Counted from the first letter of the stretch, positions 7,377 through 15,727 are shown. The stretch is 20,000 nt of DNA from an uncultured virus (IMG/VR IMGVR_UViG_3300007346_000024) (IMGVR_UViG_3300007346_000024); one strand, 5' to 3'. The notes: a model not told the origin generated them from the sequence alone. Made by a program: numbers and translations.

Positions 7377-7712
7377 CAACGCTCTTCAACGGTCAGCAAA
7401 CGGAATTAAAACTCCGTTTCGCTTTGGCGTTGTAGTGCATTTACCTTGCACATCTCATTTCCCATTTACTTTGAGCCATCCACTCTTCGCCATACTTGTC
7501 AATGTATAGCCAAACTTCTCTACCATTCACTTTATCTACAAATAGACATCTACCTGTGTTTTTCATTGTCAATCGGCTTAAAAAACGCACTACAACACTG
7601 TGTATAGCACATTTTAGTTTGTCGTATAAATCAGTCATTATCTTTAATTTTTAAGGTTATTGCATTGTATATCATACGGTGGATAAACGTGCCATACACT
7701 CGTCCGTTACTA
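7377..7712 (+). mobile_element. integron-cassette-like element bounded by attC-like hairpins
   Basis: GTTGTAGTGCATTT (7429-7442) is a 13/14 inverted match to AAACGCACTACAAC (7583-7596). Inner arms GTGTATAGCACATTT (7600-7614)/AAACGTGCCATACAC (7685-7699), then GTT at 7706. An upstream hairpin CAACGC..AAACGGA/TCCGTTT..GCGTTG spans 7377-7432. Confidence 0.55.
7441..7638 (-). CDS. small hypothetical cassette-borne protein
   Basis: 65-aa ORF starting inside the attC-like loop and reading through one arm (CAIHSVVVRF). Confidence 0.65.
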   Translation of the reverse strand: MTDLYDKLKCAIHSVVVRFLSRLTMKNTGRCLFVDKVNGREVWLYIDKYGEEWMAQSKWEMRCAR

Positions 7713-7714
7713 AT

Positions 7715-8152
7715 TTATTTATTGAAAATAGAATCCATTAATTCATTTATATTTTCAAGAACGTACTTGTCACACTTCATGTTTGAAGAATTACCTAAAA
7801 GAGACTCTAGGTTACAGTCCTGCATTTTAGTATAATACTCTCCTAATTTGGAATAAATAGCAGGGTCTTTAATTCCGAATAACTCAAGGTAATTACTGTA
7901 TGCGTTAATACAAAAGCAATCCATACTCATACCTTCACTTGTCCTTTCGTGATATTTCTTTTGCAACCATAAAACATTCTCTTCTTTATAGTCAGTATAA
8001 CTAAGAGGTTTTTTAGATTCCTTTAAGTCATCTGAGTCAGAAAAAACAACTTTAAAAATGACATCAAACACTTTGTTAACAACAACGTTTAACCCCACGA
8101 AAAAAGCTAAAGCTAGCCAAAAATATTCATGAAGTTTTTCAAAAAAAATCAT
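7715..8152 (-). CDS. hypothetical membrane protein
   Basis: N-terminal hydrophobic helix YFWLALAFFVGLNVVV. Confidence 0.7.
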   Translation of the reverse strand: MIFFEKLHEYFWLALAFFVGLNVVVNKVFDVIFKVVFSDSDDLKESKKPLSYTDYKEENVLWLQKKYHERTSEGMSMDCFCINAYSNYLELFGIKDPAIYSKLGEYYTKMQDCNLESLLGNSSNMKCDKYVLENINELMDSIFNK

Positions 8153-8167
8153 AATCTATTTATCGTT

Positions 8168-8542
8168 TTAATCAACAGGTATATAACCGTACTCAGGATT
8201 CCAAGCTGTTAAAGAGCAAACTTGTTTCTTGTCGTAATCTATTATACCGTCTAGCGTTCTCATGTCCCAATCAAGTATTTTATAAGCTTCCTCTTTATCT
8301 ATATCAAAACCTTCTTTATCTTTACAGCAAAGAGATTTTAATTTTTTAGGCATCTGTTCTTTAGTCCTGTATTCCCACCAATTAAGTTTTTTGAAAATAT
8401 GCGGGTAAGTATCAAATTGAAAAGCGGGACAACCTTCTTCAAAAATTTCAGTTGATTCAATAATTTCACCTACTTTATAATTACTGTTAGGATAATCTGA
8501 TATAACCTTGAATCTTGGTTTTAATAATTCCTTTGCTTTCAT
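8168..8542 (-). CDS. hypothetical phage protein
   Basis: 124-aa operon-packed ORF (PRFKVISDYPNS...YPHIFKKLNWWE). Confidence 0.75.
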   Translation of the reverse strand: MKAKELLKPRFKVISDYPNSNYKVGEIIESTEIFEEGCPAFQFDTYPHIFKKLNWWEYRTKEQMPKKLKSLCCKDKEGFDIDKEEAYKILDWDMRTLDGIIDYDKKQVCSLTAWNPEYGYIPVD

Positions 8543-8547
8543 TTTTA

Positions 8548-8751
8548 CTAACCTTTAGTTATACACTCTATTTGACTTAAGTTAATGGACTTTATTTGGA
8601 TTATATTTCTTGCCTTAAATAACCCCTTATCTCTTTGATTAATTTTAAGAAAATAAATCGCTCCATCACTAGCTCGTATTTTGAAATTACATTCTTTCAC
8701 TCTATCAGCAACAATTTTATTTCCGCTCTTCATGTATATAGTTACAGTCAT
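8548..8751 (-). CDS. small hypothetical protein
   Basis: 67-aa operon-packed ORF. Confidence 0.65.
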   Translation of the reverse strand: MTVTIYMKSGNKIVADRVKECNFKIRASDGAIYFLKINQRDKGLFKARNIIQIKSINLSQIECITKG

Positions 8752-8754
8752 AGT

Positions 8755-9261
8755 CTATTTATAAAAAAATTCTAAATCTAAATCCTTACACTCTTCAATA
8801 AAAGCCTTTAATTCAGAAACTCCTTTTGCGTGACCATAAACGTTACCGTATTCAATACCTCTACAATCTATACATATCTCACCGTCTTTTCTCTTTCGTA
8901 CTTTTGCTACATCTCTAAAAACCTGACCTTCTTTACTGATTTTATAGTTGACAAAACAAGGAACTGATTCACCATCGCAAATCATATCGTAAAGCCTTTT
9001 GTAATTCCTTCTATCAGAATCTTTCTTCCCTTTGCTTATTCTCTCTAACCAAACATCTTTAGAGAATCTGTTTTTAGGATTTGTAATGTCGCCTATATGT
9101 GAAAATCCAATTAATTCTTGCTCTACCCTCCATAAATCTCTTTTGATTATCTCAGAAACCCTAGAGCCTGATAGTTTAACTGTTTTTGCAAACTCTTTAA
9201 TAGTTAGGTCTGATTTAAGATAAGGTATAGTAACCTTTTCTAATTGCGTTATGTGTTGCAT
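8755..9261 (-). CDS. hypothetical protein with N-terminal sigma70-region-4-like HTH
   Basis: LTIKEFAKTVKLSGSRVSEIIKR fits an HTH pattern. Confidence 0.6.
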   Translation of the reverse strand: MQHITQLEKVTIPYLKSDLTIKEFAKTVKLSGSRVSEIIKRDLWRVEQELIGFSHIGDITNPKNRFSKDVWLERISKGKKDSDRRNYKRLYDMICDGESVPCFVNYKISKEGQVFRDVAKVRKRKDGEICIDCRGIEYGNVYGHAKGVSELKAFIEECKDLDLEFFYK

Positions 9262-9275
9262 AGCTCGTGTGTTTT

Positions 9276-9554
9276 TTACTGATATAAATCTTTGTAATTA
9301 ATCCTTACGTAGTTATGTATCAGTTTAACTAAATCTGAAATAGTCCTGTCTTCAGGATGGTCTATGATAGGCACGCATTTAGAATCAGGTAATTGAATGT
9401 TTAGCTCTTTTTCTATCTCCATAACAAATTCGACAGCATCTAGACTATCTAAGTATAAGTCTTGTAGTTTAGTCTCTAGAGATACGTTAACCTCATGAAT
9501 TGTAACTGTTTCAGCAGATTTTTTAACCGCTGAATAGATGTAATTTTCGTTCAT
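9276..9554 (-). CDS. acpP: acyl carrier protein
   Basis: DLYLDSLDAVEFVMEIEKELNIQLPD with an intact DSL phosphopantetheine-attachment serine; TISDLV C-terminal helix. Confidence 0.9.
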   Translation of the reverse strand: MNENYIYSAVKKSAETVTIHEVNVSLETKLQDLYLDSLDAVEFVMEIEKELNIQLPDSKCVPIIDHPEDRTISDLVKLIHNYVRINYKDLYQ

Positions 9555-9646
9555 AATATTTACTTTTGAAAGTTTAAATTAGTGATTAATATTTACTTTT
9601 GAAAGTTTAAATTCTTTTTTAGTATTTACTTTTAAAAGTTTAAATT
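9555..9646. repeat. 3 copies of the 26-bp box AATATTTACTTTTGAAAGTTTAAATT, 33-bp period
   Basis: Copies at 9555-9580, 9588-9613 and 9621-9646 (2 substitutions), with 7-nt variable linkers. Confidence 0.95.
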
Positions 9647-10472
9647 ATCCGTAGTAAACAGTTTGCTCTATTGGAACAGATATAGCTGCGGGACACTTCT
9701 CATTAAGAATGCAAGAACCGCATCTTTTCGGGTGTGGTAATGGCTTCAAGTTGTCTTTATGTCTATTCCATTGCTCTCTAACACTAGCTACAATAACTTT
9801 ATGCTCTTGGAACTTTACCTCATCAACAACTACTTTTATATTCTTTCTGTCTGTAGTATTGTTTGATGCAAAAACCCAAAAATAGAAATCAGGCTCATAC
9901 CCGTAAGTATCTATACCTAATAGCTTGTAATGAACTGCTTGAATCATAATCTTGTCTTTAGTAGACAAAGATTCGTCTGCCCAACCAAGTTCATCCCATT
10001 TATTGTCCAATAGACCTGAATATTTAGTATCAATGAAAATAACTCTTTCCTCTCCTTTCTTTCGAGCGATAATATCAATATCCCCTTTTATACCAAGCTC
10101 TTTGTTTTTAAGAGTAACGCCTGTGTCGATTATCTCATAATCATATTGCTCAAGCATTTTCTTGAACATATCAACATGAATCAAAGCATCTTTGTATTTT
10201 TTACCTAGCTCTCCAATAACATCTTCTTGTTTCTTGCCCTCAGCAATCTCTTTTTTAGTTAGCTTCTTAGGTTTCAATCTATCAGGAACAGGAATGTGAC
10301 CAAACTTAGTCTTCTGACCTGTACACATATACTCGAACCACTGACCTAACCTCATAGCGTCTGAAGGCGGAAACTCTATTTGATGTACAAATTGAGCCTC
10401 TATCTTTATCCCACACTCCTTACCTTTCAGATAAGACCAAAATGATTTAATAAATGATTGGCTAATTTCCAT
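9645..10472 (-). CDS. PD-(D/E)XK Cas4-like exonuclease
   Basis: GDIDII...FIDTKYS and QAVHY motifs; N-terminal Cys plus C-terminal CxxC-x5-C (possible Fe-S staple). Confidence 0.85.
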   Translation of the reverse strand: MEISQSFIKSFWSYLKGKECGIKIEAQFVHQIEFPPSDAMRLGQWFEYMCTGQKTKFGHIPVPDRLKPKKLTKKEIAEGKKQEDVIGELGKKYKDALIHVDMFKKMLEQYDYEIIDTGVTLKNKELGIKGDIDIIARKKGEERVIFIDTKYSGLLDNKWDELGWADESLSTKDKIMIQAVHYKLLGIDTYGYEPDFYFWVFASNNTTDRKNIKVVVDEVKFQEHKVIVASVREQWNRHKDNLKPLPHPKRCGSCILNEKCPAAISVPIEQTVYYG

Positions 10473-10564
10473 AATATTTACTTTTGAAAGTTTAAATTGC
10501 TTGTTAATATTTACTTTTGAAAGTTTAAATTACTTGTTAATATTTACTTTTGAAAGTTTAAATT
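10473..10564. repeat. 3 identical copies of the 26-bp box, 33-bp period
   Basis: Copies at 10473-10498, 10506-10531 and 10539-10564. Confidence 0.95.
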
Positions 10565-10565
10565 A

Positions 10566-10889
10566 CTAAAGATTATCCAAGTCAATTTCTTCTAATTGCT
10601 TATCTAGCTCACTAACCTCTTCATCTTCTTTTATCATGTAAACATCTTTGTGTTTTTCAAATCTCCAAGTAGCAAAAGCACACTCCTGAGTCCTGCTGAT
10701 TAATGGTTGGAAAACTTCAGGATTAACAAGCTCCTCCAATAAAACACCTGTTACAATGTTGTCATTGTCTAGAATCTCTCTTATAGTGTACTTAGCCCCT
10801 TGCTTGACCCAATTAGGGAAATGCATTGAAGACCAACTTTCATTCTTAGTGTCATTAACGCAAACGACTTCATCTCCTACATTAAACAT
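10566..10889 (-). CDS. hypothetical phage protein
   Basis: 107-aa ORF (MFNVGDEVVCVND...GAKYTIRE...FATWRF). Confidence 0.8.
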   Translation of the reverse strand: MFNVGDEVVCVNDTKNESWSSMHFPNWVKQGAKYTIREILDNDNIVTGVLLEELVNPEVFQPLISRTQECAFATWRFEKHKDVYMIKEDEEVSELDKQLEEIDLDNL

Positions 10890-10899
10890 AATTATTGTT

Positions 10900-11241
10900 T
10901 TAAGTTGTAAAATACTCTTCTATTATCTGAATAATCTTTTTCTCCTCGTGTTCAGTTAGTGTATAACTATCGTAATCATCATCATCGCTAGACAAGTAAA
11001 CCTCTTCATAATCTATATGAATATCTAATCTAGTAACATCAGGTTCATCGCAAGCTAAGTCTACAGGGTGTGTAATCCTATAACCTTTTTTTAAAACCTG
11101 CTCATCTACATCAAACATAACGCTAATGTATTCTGTTTTACCTGATTTTCTTTTAACCTTAAAAACGTATTCGTACTTGCTTTCTTCTCTTAAATGAGAA
11201 ATATCTTCAAATTGCTGATTATCAGTGTTTTCCTTATTCAT
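10900..11241 (-). CDS. acidic hypothetical protein
   Basis: 113-aa ORF with an ACACAAGCTT-ATG leader and an upstream TTATATTGCA promoter-like element. Confidence 0.75.
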   Translation of the reverse strand: MNKENTDNQQFEDISHLREESKYEYVFKVKRKSGKTEYISVMFDVDEQVLKKGYRITHPVDLACDEPDVTRLDIHIDYEEVYLSSDDDDYDSYTLTEHEEKKIIQIIEEYFTT

Positions 11242-11270
11242 AAGCTTGTGTCTTATGCAATATAATAAAA

Positions 11271-11322
11271 ACTTTTGAAAGTATATATTATTTTGTAATA
11301 TTTACTTTTAAAAGTTTAAATT
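11271..11322. repeat. pair of box cores, 33 bp apart
   Basis: ACTTTTGAAAGT at 11271-11282 and a full box at 11297-11322 (core starts at 11304). Confidence 0.85.
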
Positions 11323-12158
11323 AATTTACTTTCTATCAAGTCCTTCAGATTTATTTCGCTATCAATTACAGACTGAAAGAAATCGTTTAAAGCAAGTTTC
11401 CTCGCTTTTATAACTACCTTATTATCTAATTCTGAGTCTTGTTCCTTACCCATGTAAATAGACTTCCCTGACATTATATCTTTAAGCCTGTTAGATTCCG
11501 ACTCATTTTTAATAATACTGTAAGCTCTTTGGAAATATTCATTAGCTTGCTCTCTGTTTGTTTTAAGAAGCTTTAAAGACCTGAAGTATTGGTATGTAGC
11601 ATTACCTAAATCATCAACAGAACCATTTTGCTTATACTCATCAAATAGAGATAATGCGTTATTAAACCTCATTTCACTTATTTCTTTGTCTGACTTTTTA
11701 TTTTTTAACTCTTCTAGCCTAAGCTTTTCTTTATATTCTAGCTCTCTAAATTCAGATATGCTGAATCTTCTCTCATTACTATAATGATTGAGTGTCTTTG
11801 ACATTAATTGAGGAGTAAGCCTATTATAGTGATTGAATTCAAAATCAAGCTTTCCTGCTGTAGCTAATGAAAATGCGTTTTCAATCTCTTCTTTGCTAAA
11901 GTCTGAGTGATGAATCTTGATATGATTTATAAGCAAAATAATTATCTCCTTTTGAGGTGGTTCTGTAACACCTATTAACTTGCATAGGTTTAATATAAAA
12001 TTATACAGTCCTTTAAAATCTTCTGAATCAAAATCTCTTACTTTTTTAGAATGAAGATGAAGGTCTATAATCAATCCTTTACTACGATTGAAATTGGTCG
12101 AAATTAATGCTTTCGACTTCTTGCTTTGCTCTAGTGTAGCTATCTGATTTTTTTCCAT
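11316..12158 (-). CDS. hypothetical protein downstream of the initiator-like gene (possible helicase loader); start probably ATG 12158
   Basis: Helical ORF overlapping the wHTH gene; MEKNQ is preceded by an ACACGACACA leader. The function is inferred from position only. Confidence 0.5.
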   Translation of the reverse strand: MEKNQIATLEQSKKSKALISTNFNRSKGLIIDLHLHSKKVRDFDSEDFKGLYNFILNLCKLIGVTEPPQKEIIILLINHIKIHHSDFSKEEIENAFSLATAGKLDFEFNHYNRLTPQLMSKTLNHYSNERRFSISEFRELEYKEKLRLEELKNKKSDKEISEMRFNNALSLFDEYKQNGSVDDLGNATYQYFRSLKLLKTNREQANEYFQRAYSIIKNESESNRLKDIMSGKSIYMGKEQDSELDNKVVIKARKLALNDFFQSVIDSEINLKDLIESKLI

Positions 12159-12726
12159 TGTGTCGTGTCTTAATATCATTTAGAATCTTGTCAAAATTCC
12201 TGTTTATTGTAGTTAAGTTTAAATTCCCTGTTTCACCAAACCAAGTAATCTTAACACCTTCAAAAAACATTTTAAATGTGTCTTCTAGCGAGGATTCTGT
12301 AACAACAGTTCCATTCTTAACCATTGCTTTCTTTAGTTTGTTTGAGATTGTTTTTATGAATTTCTTATGATTTGGTAAAGCTACGTATTCGTACTCTTGA
12401 CTCTCATAGTAATCAATAAGGTAATCGTAAAGCCTGTCATACATTCCTTGCATCTCATCAGACTTCGAGCTATTAGCTTTCTTGTTTGATAGGAATTTAA
12501 TAGAATACATGCCTTTAGACCTACTCTCTATTGAGTCAGAAAACAAATTGAAGTGCTTATCCAAAACTCTGTATAGAGTGGTCTTACTCATCCCTAATTC
12601 GAGCTGAAGCTCTTTTTTCGAGAAAACCACCTCTCCTTTCGAGTTCGTATTCAACCATAAATGCACCCAAACATCATAAGCCTTACGTTCTTTATCATAA
12701 AGCTCTTTCAATGCTTCCTTTATCAT
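12082..12726 (-). CDS. putative replication-initiator-like wHTH protein
   Basis: YDVWVHLWL...FSKKELQLELGMSKTTLYRVLDK HTH; C-terminal NLTTINRNFDKIL resembles phage initiator tails. Confidence 0.55.
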   Translation of the reverse strand: MIKEALKELYDKERKAYDVWVHLWLNTNSKGEVVFSKKELQLELGMSKTTLYRVLDKHFNLFSDSIESRSKGMYSIKFLSNKKANSSKSDEMQGMYDRLYDYLIDYYESQEYEYVALPNHKKFIKTISNKLKKAMVKNGTVVTESSLEDTFKMFFEGVKITWFGETGNLNLTTINRNFDKILNDIKTRHNGKKSDSYTRAKQEVESINFDQFQS

Positions 12727-13178
12727 ATAATCTCTTTCTCGAAATCTAAAATATCATTCGGCTTAAGATTTAAAGCTGAACATATTCTGTAAAGCGTTTT
12801 TGTTGAGTAGTACTCTCTAGTTCCGCTAACAATTCTACTCACAGCGTCAGGAGACAAAGGTTCGTCAGGAAATTTAGCCTCAACAGCTCTGCACAAATCT
12901 CTCCTACTCATATTCCTTCTGTCTAGGATATTATAAAGCTTGGTTTTCCCTTCGTTCTTAGCAGGTCTTCCAACTCTTCTTTTCTTCTCTTCTGAAGAAT
13001 CATCCTCTTTTTTAGTAGAATCAGTATCTAAGTCTACTTCTCTTGACTCTATAACATCCTCAACCTTCTCAACTTTAGGCTCTTCTTTGTCTCCTTCTTT
13101 TATTTCCTTCACGGGGTTATTCATCCCTTGAAACCTTGACCTTAAATCAGTTTTTTCTTTAGTGTTGAATTCTGACAT
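12723..13178 (-). CDS. Cro/C1-type HTH regulator with AT-hook-like motif
   Basis: KLYNILDRRNMSRRDLCR...VSRIVSG...TLYRICSALNLKPNDIL, preceded by KKRRVGRPAK. Confidence 0.85.
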   Translation of the reverse strand: MSEFNTKEKTDLRSRFQGMNNPVKEIKEGDKEEPKVEKVEDVIESREVDLDTDSTKKEDDSSEEKKRRVGRPAKNEGKTKLYNILDRRNMSRRDLCRAVEAKFPDEPLSPDAVSRIVSGTREYYSTKTLYRICSALNLKPNDILDFEKEII

Positions 13179-13269
13179 AATATTTACTTTTGAAAGTTTA
13201 AATTCCTTGTAATATTTACTTTTGAAAGTTTAAATTATTAAATAATATTTACTTTTAAAAGTTTAAATT
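13179..13269. repeat. 3 copies of the 26-bp box, 32/33-bp period
   Basis: Copies at 13179-13204, 13211-13236 and 13244-13269. Confidence 0.95.
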
Positions 13270-13421
13270 CGCTTAAAGTGTAAACTCCTTGCTATCGTGA
13301 AAACCACTTTAAACTTCCTACTTACTCATCTAGGCTCGGCAATCCCGTCTGTATATTTTGATGCTTACCTTCACCTCCCTCGAATTAGCTCATGAGGCGG
13401 CTACTCATCAGTTTAATTTTA

Positions 13422-13640
13422 TTAAGAAATAGCAAACATTGGCTTGTATTCTTTCATTTTAGAAGTTGGAAGATATACGAAGTTTACTCGGCAATCTCCA
13501 TTCGACTTATCTTTTATCATGAAAGCACAACCCTTGTTAGTTATATCAATGCATTTGAAGTAAGAGTAATACCCTTCAACATGATAAAGACTACCTACTT
13601 TTATTTCAGTACCTACGCTATTAATGAAAACTCTTGCCAT
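13422..13640 (-). CDS. small hypothetical protein
   Basis: 72-aa operon-packed ORF. Confidence 0.65.
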   Translation of the reverse strand: MARVFINSVGTEIKVGSLYHVEGYYSYFKCIDITNKGCAFMIKDKSNGDCRVNFVYLPTSKMKEYKPMFAIS

Positions 13641-13641
13641 A

Positions 13642-13827
13642 CTACTCTTCTATATATTCCCAAGAATCTACAAATCTAGCAAAGTGAGGTTCACCTCTTT
13701 CTCCTCCTACTAAAAACATTTCTTCACTCATAATATAAGTGCCTTGATAGATTCCATCTTCGTAGTTCCATCTTACTTTTCTACCATCTTCAGGTAGACT
13801 TGATTGGTCTAATAAAATATCCCTCAT
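13642..13827 (-). CDS. small hypothetical protein
   Basis: 61-aa ORF with a TCAACACACA-ATG leader. Confidence 0.7.
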   Translation of the reverse strand: MRDILLDQSSLPEDGRKVRWNYEDGIYQGTYIMSEEMFLVGGERGEPHFARFVDSWEYIEE

Positions 13828-13844
13828 TGTGTGTTGATTTATAA

Positions 13845-14792
13845 TTAATCTGTTTCTTTACTTAAGTCTAATTCATCATTGATGATTTTGTTTGCCATTT
13901 TAGCAGCTCTAAAGTTTCTTGAGTAGTTTATCTTAGCTCCGCTTTTCTTAGCGTAATGAGGATAAGCAAACTCCCTTTTTATGTCTCCGTAGTCATTAAC
14001 TACAAAACCTTTCTCATGAAACATTATTTGATTGATTCTCTTGAACTTGCTATTGTAACCATTCTTAATAAATACACCCATAGCTTTCTGAACATTCTCA
14101 GGTGTGTTTACCATATAGATACCATCTACCCAATAGAATATAAAGTCTTTACCTAACTCTGATATAACTTCATGCATTACATCAGAAACCCTTTTACATA
14201 TAGTAAACCAAAGGTTTTCTAGCAAAGGTTCTCTATCTATGATAGTCTCTATTAATTTATCACCTTGATATTTGTAGTTATAAGTCTTTCTAGCTAAAGA
14301 GCCTAAAGCTGTTAATCTAGCTTTTTTGGAAATATTCCCTTTACTACCTCTTTGATATAGCTTATCGTCAACAACACCTAACTGATAAGCGGTCTCCCAA
14401 TAAGCTTGGTCAATATCAACCTCACATACATTTTTGAATAACTGACCCACAGGTACTCTTGAAACCTTTACGTAGTGAACATCTTCAGAAAAAACTTGAT
14501 GCTCTTGAAATCTAGGTTCTAAATAAACCTCACTTTTAATTACATGTCGTCTAACATCTTTGATAAACCTAAGCTCTTCAATATTGTACTCCGACTTCTT
14601 AAAAGTCTTAGCTTTAAACATTTTGGAAATCAACTCATAATTACCGTTGACTACTTTGATAGTGTATTCTTCTCCCAATGACATAAGTACCTTTTGTTTT
14701 TGGTAAAATCGTTTGAATTGCTTTGAATTCTGCTCACGCAATTCCTGAATAGTAGCTTGTGTTTGTTGGTCTGTGTTGTTGACTTCATTCAT
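13845..14792 (-). CDS. minimal/divergent family-B DNA polymerase-like protein
   Basis: Motif A-like EVDIDQAYW, motif B-like KKARLTALGSLA and motif C-like FYWVDGIY in the expected order; only 315 aa; no exonuclease motifs seen. Confidence 0.55.
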   Translation of the reverse strand: MNEVNNTDQQTQATIQELREQNSKQFKRFYQKQKVLMSLGEEYTIKVVNGNYELISKMFKAKTFKKSEYNIEELRFIKDVRRHVIKSEVYLEPRFQEHQVFSEDVHYVKVSRVPVGQLFKNVCEVDIDQAYWETAYQLGVVDDKLYQRGSKGNISKKARLTALGSLARKTYNYKYQGDKLIETIIDREPLLENLWFTICKRVSDVMHEVISELGKDFIFYWVDGIYMVNTPENVQKAMGVFIKNGYNSKFKRINQIMFHEKGFVVNDYGDIKREFAYPHYAKKSGAKINYSRNFRAAKMANKIINDELDLSKETD

Positions 14793-14846
14793 ACTTTCAA
14801 AAGTATATATTCTGTTTTAAAATTCAAAATATTTACTTTTAAAAGT
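14793..14846. repeat. two box cores upstream of the PolB-like gene
   Basis: ACTTTCAAAAGT at 14793-14804 (inverted core, abutting the ATG) and AATATTT-ACTTTTAAAAGT at 14828-14846. Confidence 0.8.
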
Positions 14847-14887
14847 ATATATTATTTTTACTATAGACTTGTTTTCAATGACTTGCT

Positions 14888-15427
14888 TTAGTCCTCAAAA
14901 CCCCATATAGCACCGAAAACGCTTACTAAACCCCTTTCTTTAACTAAGTAATTCCTGCTTAATTTGTCGTTATGAAAACCTTCATGGCATTCATGACATA
15001 GGAATATTAGATTTTTAGGGTTATTCATCTCAGGGTGATTAGGTTTTTCACTTCTAAATACTATATGATGAGTACTGAACATTATAGATTTGTCCGTTCC
15101 ACACTTCTGACAACATTCTTTACCGTTTTTAAGAATAACCTCTTTTTTTAGCAACAACCTTTGCTTGTCATACTCTTTATTGAATGCTTTTCTCTTCTTA
15201 CTCATTACAGGTATCTTATCTGTACCTTTAGCCTTAGCTCTTTCTCTCATTCTTTTTTGGTACTCTAATTTCTTATCTACCGTAGTAACAATAGGAGTCC
15301 TTTTGAAAGTGTAGGTCTTTTTTTCTTTTGGCTTTTCGTTTTTGGAAGCACAGGAATAGGAGCAATACTTGTCTGTAGTCTTGAATGGTCTAAACTCATT
15401 ACCGCATTCTTTACACCTCTTAATCAT
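14888..15427 (-). CDS. HNH endonuclease with N-terminal zinc-binding module
   Basis: CKECG...YCSYSC; CQKCG...HHIVFRS...NLIFLCHECHEGFH. Confidence 0.88.
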   Translation of the reverse strand: MIKRCKECGNEFRPFKTTDKYCSYSCASKNEKPKEKKTYTFKRTPIVTTVDKKLEYQKRMRERAKAKGTDKIPVMSKKRKAFNKEYDKQRLLLKKEVILKNGKECCQKCGTDKSIMFSTHHIVFRSEKPNHPEMNNPKNLIFLCHECHEGFHNDKLSRNYLVKERGLVSVFGAIWGFED

Positions 15428-15442
15428 AAATATTCAATTAAA

Positions 15443-15727
15443 TTACTCCTTTAATAAAATCTCAACTTCTGTCTCTCCAAAAAGAACTAGGTTAATAGTG
15501 TCTTTATCGGCTGTAGTAATGTTTTTCAAGTTTATACCTTTCAACATAACTTTTGAGAAATAATCATTATTGTTATCAGCTTCTTTCTTAGCTTCATCTA
15601 AAAGCCATGAATTAAGCCTTCTTATAGAGTTTGAAATCCTCCTGTCTGTTGTTAAATCTATTACAGGCAATTCACTTAATGACCTCCCTGATTTACTTAC
15701 TAGATTGCTCTTTTTTAATGTCTTCAT
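15443..15727 (-). CDS. hypothetical protein resembling a stand-alone polyvalent-protein-associated domain
   Basis: SGR...WLLDEAKKEA..NND...ADKDTINLVLFG pattern; recalled similarity only. Confidence 0.5.
   Translation of the reverse strand: MKTLKKSNLVSKSGRSLSELPVIDLTTDRRISNSIRRLNSWLLDEAKKEADNNNDYFSKVMLKGINLKNITTADKDTINLVLFGETEVEILLKE

Noticed and set aside
9555..13269. 26-bp repeat arrays next to a Cas4-like gene as CRISPR mini-arrays
   Set aside because: Linkers are only 6-7 nt, far too short for spacers; no cas1/cas2 or effector genes; stand-alone Cas4-like nucleases are common in phages.
13380..13412. CTGATGAG on the minus strand as a hammerhead ribozyme core
   Set aside because: The required GAAA after stem II is absent, and no stem I/III pairing was found.
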